NCBI GenBank assembly: GCA_030611105.1 | Contig: JAUWQL010000001.1 | Location: 5,531-69,530 of the forward strand | DNA length: 64,000 bases | DNA from: Bacteroidales bacterium | GTDB lineage: Bacteria > Bacteroidota > Bacteroidia > Bacteroidales > UBA12077 | Direction: 5' to 3' | In this document: one piece after another, positions 57,969-64,000 of the stretch | Layout: every line of letters begins with the position of its first letter | Position numbering within the stretch: position 1 is the stretch's first letter | Program-made: the position numbers and the translations under genes | Notes under the pieces: model-generated | What the model was told of the DNA's origin: nothing | Databases searched by the model: none | What the model saw: the letters and a program-made list of their open reading frames with translations, nothing else

Positions 57969-58850
57969 TTAGTTTATTTTTTTTACTTTCACTACAGGTC
58001 TATCCTTTTCAGGTAATGTTACCACCCATTTAGCAAATTCCAAAGGAGTACGCCAACCTAATTTGCCAGATGGCCATACTTCATTATGCTGCTTGACTAT
58101 ACGTTTTAAAACTCGATTTAAGTGAAACTCTCCCTTTATGTTATAATCATTCAAATATTCATTTTTAATTATTCCATTCATCCTTTCTGCTAAACCATTT
58201 TCAAAACAACTTTTTGATTGGCTTGGAATTATTTCAGCTAATCTTAACATGTATTGATATTTATCACTTCTATACTGTCCTCCTCCATCAGTATGTATAA
58301 TAAGGCTGTGATGGAATTTCTTTTTTCCAATATAAACCATTACCTGACGAAGACATTTTTCTGCAATTACACCTTGCATATGTATACTTCCGTAAACAGC
58401 TTTTATTTCTAAAGTGTATAAATCTGTAAACAAAAAAATGTAAAATAAACCAGCGTTACATTGATAATAAGTTATATCTCCAACAATTATCGCATTGGGA
58501 CGTCTCACTTCTGCACCTTCAATCTTATTTTCATACTTGTGATGAAAACCCCTAGAGTCTGTTGTTTTTATAAAAGACTTGTATGGTTTTAATGCATACC
58601 CCCTAGTACTCATCTCTATCTCAAATTTATTAATCCCAAGCAATGATGATAAATTCTCTTTATAATAAATAGTACGTAATCCAACCCTTGATTTAACTTC
58701 CCTATTACTCTTTACAAAATCTTCCAATTTAGCATATACAATACTGTAACTAACAGTTTTTTTAATCCGTTTATAATATGCCTGCGGTGTAATATTAGCT
58801 ATGTTACATACTTGACGAACACTATAGCCAAATTTAACTAACATCTTCAT
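57969..58850 (-). CDS. IS3-family transposase OrfB (rve/DDE integrase core)
   Basis: DDE candidates in VGDITY, HTDGGGQY and ENGLAERMNG. Confidence 0.9.
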   Translation of the reverse strand: MKMLVKFGYSVRQVCNIANITPQAYYKRIKKTVSYSIVYAKLEDFVKSNREVKSRVGLRTIYYKENLSSLLGINKFEIEMSTRGYALKPYKSFIKTTDSRGFHHKYENKIEGAEVRRPNAIIVGDITYYQCNAGLFYIFLFTDLYTLEIKAVYGSIHMQGVIAEKCLRQVMVYIGKKKFHHSLIIHTDGGGQYRSDKYQYMLRLAEIIPSQSKSCFENGLAERMNGIIKNEYLNDYNIKGEFHLNRVLKRIVKQHNEVWPSGKLGWRTPLEFAKWVVTLPEKDRPVVKVKKIN

Positions 58851-59194
58851 TGCTTGGGTTTGAACTTTTTTTCAATATCCTCGCCCGTGCTTTCACTAGC
58901 TATTTTGACAACTTCCCTATAATAATCTAATTCCAGTTGTTTTCTGCCAAGTGCCTGTTCTAGTTCTCTAACCTGATTATAGAGCTCTTCTGTTTTTTTT
59001 GCTTCTGATATTTTTTCCACAACAATACGCTCATCTTGAGCTAAAATAGAATACTTTCTAATCCATTTGTAAATAGCTGTATGGCTTACTTCATAAATAT
59101 CACTCAGATGACGAACTGATAATTTACCCTCATCTAGTAATTTTACTTTTCCTCGTTTAAATGATTCACTAAATGTCCTTCTTTGTCTTTTCAT
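58847..59194 (-). CDS. IS3-family transposase OrfA (HTH)
   Basis: 115 aa; RRTFSESFKRGKV ... HTAIYKWIRKY plus a leucine-zipper-like tail. Overlaps orfB by ATGA. Confidence 0.85.
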   Translation of the reverse strand: MKRQRRTFSESFKRGKVKLLDEGKLSVRHLSDIYEVSHTAIYKWIRKYSILAQDERIVVEKISEAKKTEELYNQVRELEQALGRKQLELDYYREVVKIASESTGEDIEKKFKPKQ

Positions 59195-59335
59195 AATGCT
59201 TAATTTAGTACTTTTAAACTAAACTAAGTGTAAACCTATATCATGAAAGGACACCATGAGGGGGAATAAAAGGGGGTGGAATGATAAATTAACAAGCATC
59301 GTTTAGAAAACTTTATTTTTTCTACTTAAAAGCTT

Positions 59336-59343
59336 TAACTTTG
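59336..59343 (+). promoter_or_regulatory. TAnnTTTG -7 promoter motif for rnpB
   Basis: TAACTTTG ends 4 nt before the first base of the predicted P1 helix. Confidence 0.5.
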
Positions 59344-59347
59344 CACT

Positions 59348-59671
59348 GCAGTAGGTTGTTCTATCGTTCCGTTTTGGCGGAAAGGAAAGTCCGGGCAACA
59401 CAGAGTACCAAACTCTCGAAAGGAGAGATATTCGTGAGGGTATAGTAACAGAGAAGAAAATAACCGCTCCGATTCGTCGGAGTAAGGGTGAGAAGGTGAG
59501 GTAAGAGCTCACCAGTTCCGGTAGTGATATCGGTTGCTGTCTGTCTTTTGGGTTGCAAGACCATGTATACCGGCAATTAAGAGCTGCTCGTTCGATGTCG
59601 GGGGGTAGGTTGCTTAGATAAATGATGGAATTCCGTTCGCGGAAACAGAACCCGGCTTACAGGCCTACTGC
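59348..59671 (+). ncRNA. rnpB: RNase P RNA, bacterial type A
   Basis: Universally conserved GGAAAGTCCGGGC and ACAGAACCCGGCTTA blocks, plus GTAAGGGTGAGAAGGTGAGGTAAGAGCTCACC. The P1 helix GCAGTAGG/CCTACTGC closes the molecule, followed by a T-run. Confidence 0.94.
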
Positions 59672-59853
59672 TTTTTTATTTTTATCCATTAATATAACAT
59701 AACTTCGTTTTGAGCCTGAACTATTTTTTCTGAATATCATATTTTTCATTCTTAAACAGATATTAATTGAACATCATTGAATCAATATTCTTTTGTTATT
59801 CTAATAATTAAAATCTTTCTTTGTGGTAATATATTAATTCAAAATAAAAATTT

Positions 59854-60339
59854 ATGACAATTTCAAACGAAAAAGTAGTTACATTGGTTTATCTGTTAAG
59901 AGTTGATAATAGTGAAGGAGACATTATAGAAACAGTTAAAGAAGATAAACCTTTCGTATTTTTATATGGTGCTGGTTCAATGCTTCCTAAGTTCGAAGAA
60001 AATTTGAATGGTTTAAAAGCAGGAGAAAAATTTGAGTTCACATTAAAAAGCGTTGATGCCTATGGTCAGGCTAGTGAAGATGCGCTTATGGATTTGCCGA
60101 AAAATACTTTCGAAGTTGAAGGTAAAATTGAAGAAGAATTATTAGCTGAAGGTAATGTTATTCCAATGCAAAATGACGAAGGTGAAAAATTTAATGGTGT
60201 TATAGTAGAAGTTAAGGAAAAATCTGTTATTATTGATTTTAATCATCCGTTGGCTGGTGACGATTTACATTTTACAGGTAATATTATAGAGGTTCGCGAA
60301 GCAACAAAAGAAGAAATAGAACACGGACACGTTCATTAA
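59854..60339 (+). CDS. slyD: FKBP-type peptidyl-prolyl isomerase, SlyD-like
   Basis: 161 aa; an FKBP core with an insert-in-flap region, DFNHPLAG motif, and a short His-containing tail. Confidence 0.83.
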   Translation: MTISNEKVVTLVYLLRVDNSEGDIIETVKEDKPFVFLYGAGSMLPKFEENLNGLKAGEKFEFTLKSVDAYGQASEDALMDLPKNTFEVEGKIEEELLAEGNVIPMQNDEGEKFNGVIVEVKEKSVIIDFNHPLAGDDLHFTGNIIEVREATKEEIEHGHVH

Positions 60340-60370
60340 AATAAACTTAGTTAAAAAGTATAAATATAAG

Positions 60371-60401
60371 GGGTAAAGGAATATTTTCTTTACCCTTTTT
60401 T
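60371..60401 (+). terminator. rho-independent terminator
   Basis: GGGTAAAG-loop-CTTTACCC followed by TTTTTT. Confidence 0.7.
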
Positions 60402-60485
60402 AGTGAATTTAAGTTTATTATCTATTTTTACATTTTCTGGAATGATTTTTGAAAATACTGATTCATAAACTAAAAAAAACATGAT

Positions 60486-61133
60486 ATGAAACGATTAATT
60501 TTAATTACACTATTAATAATACCATTTAGCATTGTTTCAAATGCTCAAATTAAATTTGGTATTAAGGCGGGTATTACTTCAACAAGTATAAAAGTTGATG
60601 AAGTTATTGATATTGATGATGCTTCTGATATTGATGAATTAGCAATAAAAGGTATGAATTCAAAAATTGGATTTCAAGGAGGAATTTTCTCGCGAATTAC
60701 AATTGCTAAATTATATGTTCAGCCTGAATTGCTTTTTACTTCAACAAGTGGAGAAGTTGAAATAACAGAGTTTTTAGCATCAGGAGAACAAATACCAATA
60801 ATTAAAGAGCAAGAATTTAAGCAGATAGATATTCCAATAATGCTGGGATATAAATTTGGACCAGCCAGAATACAAGCAGGACCTATAGCGAGTATCGTAA
60901 TAGATAGTAAATCTGTTTTAGTGGATTACGATAATTACGAAGAAGAATTCAATGGAGCAACCTGGGGTTATCAGGTTGGTGTAGGCTTAGATATAGGTAA
61001 AAAGCTAACAATTGATGTAAAATACGAAGGAAATCTCAGCAAATTGGCCAATGGAGTTAAGATAGGCAATGAAACATTAGATTTTGATTCAAGAAATAGT
61101 CAATTCGTAGCTTCTTTGGGAATTTTCTTCTAA
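60486..61133 (+). CDS. small outer-membrane beta-barrel (porin-family / PorT-like) protein
   Basis: Signal peptide, alternating beta pattern, and a C-terminal aromatic residue (GIFF). Confidence 0.7.
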   Translation: MKRLILITLLIIPFSIVSNAQIKFGIKAGITSTSIKVDEVIDIDDASDIDELAIKGMNSKIGFQGGIFSRITIAKLYVQPELLFTSTSGEVEITEFLASGEQIPIIKEQEFKQIDIPIMLGYKFGPARIQAGPIASIVIDSKSVLVDYDNYEEEFNGATWGYQVGVGLDIGKKLTIDVKYEGNLSKLANGVKIGNETLDFDSRNSQFVASLGIFF

Positions 61134-61153
61134 ATAAACATAAAGTTTTCAAC

Positions 61154-61187
61154 AACCACTACTTTGTTCAAAGTGGTGGTTTTTTTA
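61154..61187 (+). terminator. rho-independent terminator
   Basis: AACCACTACTTTG-TT-CAAAGTGGTGGTT followed by a T-run. Confidence 0.6.
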
Positions 61188-61451
61188 TACTTTCCTGCAA
61201 ATTATTCCAAAAATTGTTAATAAACTCATCATCAGTTTTTTGCTATTTGTCAAAAACTTGTACCCGATTTAATTGTTGTTTGAAATAATTAATTAGATTT
61301 GCACCCGTTTTTCTTGTTAAATTTTTAATAAGGTGCAGATATCCAGAAGTTTATTTTCTGGATATTGATTTATGGATTTGTTGCGAAATAAGATGTACAA
61401 TAAACAAAGTTTAATAGTTGCAAATCCTTAGTAGGAACGAATACAATTTTT

Positions 61452-62783
61452 ATGAAATTTATACGAGTATTAAGAATAACATTATTATTTATTGTAGTCT
61501 TCTTTGGAGAGATAGCAATCAGTTTTTCCGACAAGACAACAACTGAGAAAGTTTTTCCTTCAGAAGAAAAAATGCCTATTGCATTACGATTAACTAATAA
61601 TTTATCTGCTTATGAATCAATGCAGGGACTAGATAAGCAGATTGAAAGCTTTATGCAAAAATGGAATATTGTTGGTGCCTCAGTTGCTGTTGTTAAAGAC
61701 GAAAGACTAATATATACAAAAGGCTTTGGTTATGCCGATAAAGATAATGAGATAAAAGTTCAACCAAAACATTTATTTCGCATTGCAAGTGTATCAAAAT
61801 TGATTACATCTGTTGCAATAATGAAACTTGTGGATGATGGCAAAATTAGCTTAAACGATACTGTATTTGGCGAAAATGGAATTCTTAATGAAAGCCAGTT
61901 TCTCGAGATTAAAGACAAAAAAGTGTTAGGAATAACTGTTAGAAATCTTTTAAATCATACATCCGGCTGGACAAATAGAAAGGGCGATCCAATGTTTTTA
62001 AATCTTTCTATTGCAAGGAAAATGAATGCGGAACTTCCTTTAAAAACTGAAATTATTGTTCAATATGTAATTCAAAATCGAAAATTGGATTATTCGCCCG
62101 GTAAAAAATCCGTTTATTCTAATTTCGGTTATGCACTTTTAGGTTTGGTTATTGAGAAAGTATCCAATACTTCGTACGAAGATTATATTGTTACTCAAAT
62201 ATTAAATCCTTTGGGAATTTACGATATGCATCTTGGTAAGTCGCTTCCGGAAGATAGTTATGAAAATGAAGTAAAATATTATGGCCTTAAAGGAGAACGT
62301 AAAGTTTTATCAAGTTTTGGTACCGGCGAAAGGGTTCCAAAGTATTATGGTGGCAACTCTATTGAAACACTCGGTGCTGCCGGAGGTTGGGTTGCATCAC
62401 CAACTGAATTAATGAAATTTCTGGTTGCTATCGATGGTTTTGGTATGAGAGATGATATATTGTCGGCTGAATCAATAACTGAGATGACAAAATCAAGCAA
62501 ATGGATCAGACCATTTGGATGGACAGGAACAGATAATAATGGATTTTGGTGGCGAACAGGAACCTTATCAGGAACATCTGCACTTTTAAAAAGAGAACAG
62601 AACGGATTAAGTTGGGTACTTATTATCAATACTACGCCTAAATATGGTGCCCGATTTCCTGTTCAAATTAATAAAACAGTAATTAAAGGTTTAGCTACTA
62701 TTGATAACTGGCCTACCTACGATTTATTTGATTATTATGAACCGAAATCATTGCAAAACAAATGGTTAAGCATAAATAATTAA
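61452..62783 (+). CDS. serine hydrolase of the beta-lactamase/transpeptidase-like family
   Basis: SxxK motif in IASVSKLIT and a YSN motif (VYSNFGY). Confidence 0.8.
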   Translation: MKFIRVLRITLLFIVVFFGEIAISFSDKTTTEKVFPSEEKMPIALRLTNNLSAYESMQGLDKQIESFMQKWNIVGASVAVVKDERLIYTKGFGYADKDNEIKVQPKHLFRIASVSKLITSVAIMKLVDDGKISLNDTVFGENGILNESQFLEIKDKKVLGITVRNLLNHTSGWTNRKGDPMFLNLSIARKMNAELPLKTEIIVQYVIQNRKLDYSPGKKSVYSNFGYALLGLVIEKVSNTSYEDYIVTQILNPLGIYDMHLGKSLPEDSYENEVKYYGLKGERKVLSSFGTGERVPKYYGGNSIETLGAAGGWVASPTELMKFLVAIDGFGMRDDILSAESITEMTKSSKWIRPFGWTGTDNNGFWWRTGTLSGTSALLKREQNGLSWVLIINTTPKYGARFPVQINKTVIKGLATIDNWPTYDLFDYYEPKSLQNKWLSINN

Positions 62784-62788
62784 GTAAA

Positions 62789-62817
62789 GAATCCGGAGTA
62801 TTAACTCTGGATTTTTT
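62789..62817 (+). terminator. putative rho-independent terminator
   Basis: GAATCCGGAG-loop-CTCTGGATT followed by TTTTT. Confidence 0.55.
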
Positions 62818-62950
62818 ATTTCAAATTAAAATATTAATCCTATATTCTGTTTAATTAATTATTATATTTGTTTTATGATTCGAGATTGCAACCAAGCAAT
62901 AAAAATGCCGTAATAGTAGTAATAAAAAAGCCTTAGTCAAAAGAAGCATA

Positions 62951-64000
62951 ATGGGAATTAAAATAAGCGGAATAGATACTGAAAAGAAAATAGAAAAACG
63001 AATTAACATATTACGTGATGTGATTATTTTTTCAGAGTCTGATGAAAAAATTCTTAAACTTCTGGCATCTTTTTTAACTGATGTTTTTGTTGAGAAAAAC
63101 GATACTGTTTTTCATAAAGGAGATCAGCTAAATGCTATGTATATTATTGTAGAAGGGAAGGTGAAAGTTCACGATGGTGAACATATTTTTACTCAGTTTG
63201 GAGAAAAAGATTTTTTTGGTGAGTATTCATTAATAGATTCTTCTGCTCGATCAGCAACTGTAACAGCTGTTGAAACAACTCACTTACTTCGTTTAGATCA
63301 AGAGGATTTTTATAAAATTATTAAAGATAATATTGAAGTTTCTAAAGCTGTATTAAAAGCATTAATAAAGCGACTTAGGGATAATAATATTTTAGAAGAA
63401 AAATTAACTCAAAATAATCTTAAAATTGAACGCCAAAGGGACGAACTGGATAAGCAAAAAAAGGAGCTGGAAGAGTTAAATGCTACGAAAGACAAATTTT
63501 TTACTATTATAGCTCACGATCTCAAAAATCCCTTTAACACGGTAATTGGATTATCTGAATTGCTTATCGAGCGATACGATACTTATGATTCAAATAAAAT
63601 AAAAGAGTTTATCAGGCAGATTAATAAATTTTCAAATAACGCATATAATTTGCTCGAAGATTTACTCAAATGGGCTAAATCACAGACAGGAAGGATGGAA
63701 GTTAAACCGGAAAAGGTGGATATTTTTGAACTAGCCGTTGAAAATATGGATCTCTTTCAGGAAAAGGCTGAGAAAAAGGGTGTTAAAATAGACATGAATA
63801 TAAAAATGGGTTTATTAGCTTTTATTGATAGAAATATGATTAACACTGTTTTAAGAAATTTAATATCAAATTCGGTTAAATTTACAAACTCCGGAGATAG
63901 TATAAACATTGAAGCTAAAAGTTTTAATGAGCATATTGAAATAATTGTAACTGATACAGGGATTGGTGTACCTGAGGAAAATTTGGAAAAAATTTTCAAG
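62951..64000 (+). CDS. cyclic-nucleotide-binding domain fused to a histidine kinase (3' end outside the window)
   Basis: Absent from the ORF track because it runs off the end. My own translation is open for 350 codons: a cNMP-binding motif (FGEYSLIDSSARSATV), H-box IIAHDLKNP, N-box LRNLISNSVKFT and G1 DTGIGVP. Confidence 0.8.
   Translation, partial: MGIKISGIDTEKKIEKRINILRDVIIFSESDEKILKLLASFLTDVFVEKNDTVFHKGDQLNAMYIIVEGKVKVHDGEHIFTQFGEKDFFGEYSLIDSSARSATVTAVETTHLLRLDQEDFYKIIKDNIEVSKAVLKALIKRLRDNNILEEKLTQNNLKIERQRDELDKQKKELEELNATKDKFFTIIAHDLKNPFNTVIGLSELLIERYDTYDSNKIKEFIRQINKFSNNAYNLLEDLLKWAKSQTGRMEVKPEKVDIFELAVENMDLFQEKAEKKGVKIDMNIKMGLLAFIDRNMINTVLRNLISNSVKFTNSGDSINIEAKSFNEHIEIIVTDTGIGVPEENLEKIFK

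Larger units (their letters stand above)
57714..59253 (-). mobile_element. IS3-family insertion sequence (about 1540 bp)
   Basis: Imperfect 38-bp terminal inverted repeats (30/38 match; TGACCATTCATGA...CACTTAGTTTAGTTT at 57714-57751, and the reverse complement of 59216-59253). orfA and orfB lie inside. No target-site duplication is discernible. Confidence 0.78.

Noticed and set aside
57711-59256. Target-site duplication for the IS3 element.
   Set aside because: The flanks (…CAAGTC on the left, CCATGA… on the right) share no direct repeat at any plausible boundary offset, so no TSD is claimed.
59303-59576. Two minus-strand ORFs of 69 and 71 aa.
   Set aside because: They overlap the plus-strand RNase P RNA gene, which has its universally conserved sequence blocks present.

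Overview
AT-rich Bacteroidota-type chromosomal window. The assignment rests on GLPGLI, DUF4293, LptD-like and PorT-like OMP genes, TAnnTTTG promoter motifs and an ISAon1-type IS; GC content was judged by eye, not computed. About 55 protein genes are supported, plus an RNase P RNA gene, two IS elements, a RAYT with flanking REP-like hairpins, and several families of intergenic hairpin repeats. dnaA is at 50.9-52.3 kb, and gene orientation switches from mostly minus to plus at about 55 kb.

The dominant feature is a roughly 36-kb island (14.8-50.7 kb). It carries almost the whole YgeW / YgeY / HyuA / SsnA / XdhD-like / YgfK / YgfJ gene set, the putative selenium-dependent molybdenum hydroxylase system linked to anaerobic purine and urate catabolism. 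The island also holds xdhC and a modABC-xdhAB operon. Its step-by-step enzymology is still poorly defined, and this copy is unusual in five ways:
- No dpaL/ygeX, carbamate kinase, yqeB/yqeC or selD is visible.
- Two different fold-type-II PLP enzymes sit next to a divergent Lrp regulator.
- A 3-TM domain fused to a GNAT-like domain lies between ssnA and hyuA.
- The membrane-protein/hyuA pair is duplicated about 8.5 kb apart with mosaic identity, and one hyuA copy is frameshifted.
- A mazEF pair and a fresh IS insertion (perfect 24-bp IRs, 6-bp TSD) split the island.

All functional calls come from motif-level reading of the translated ORFs. No database search was run.
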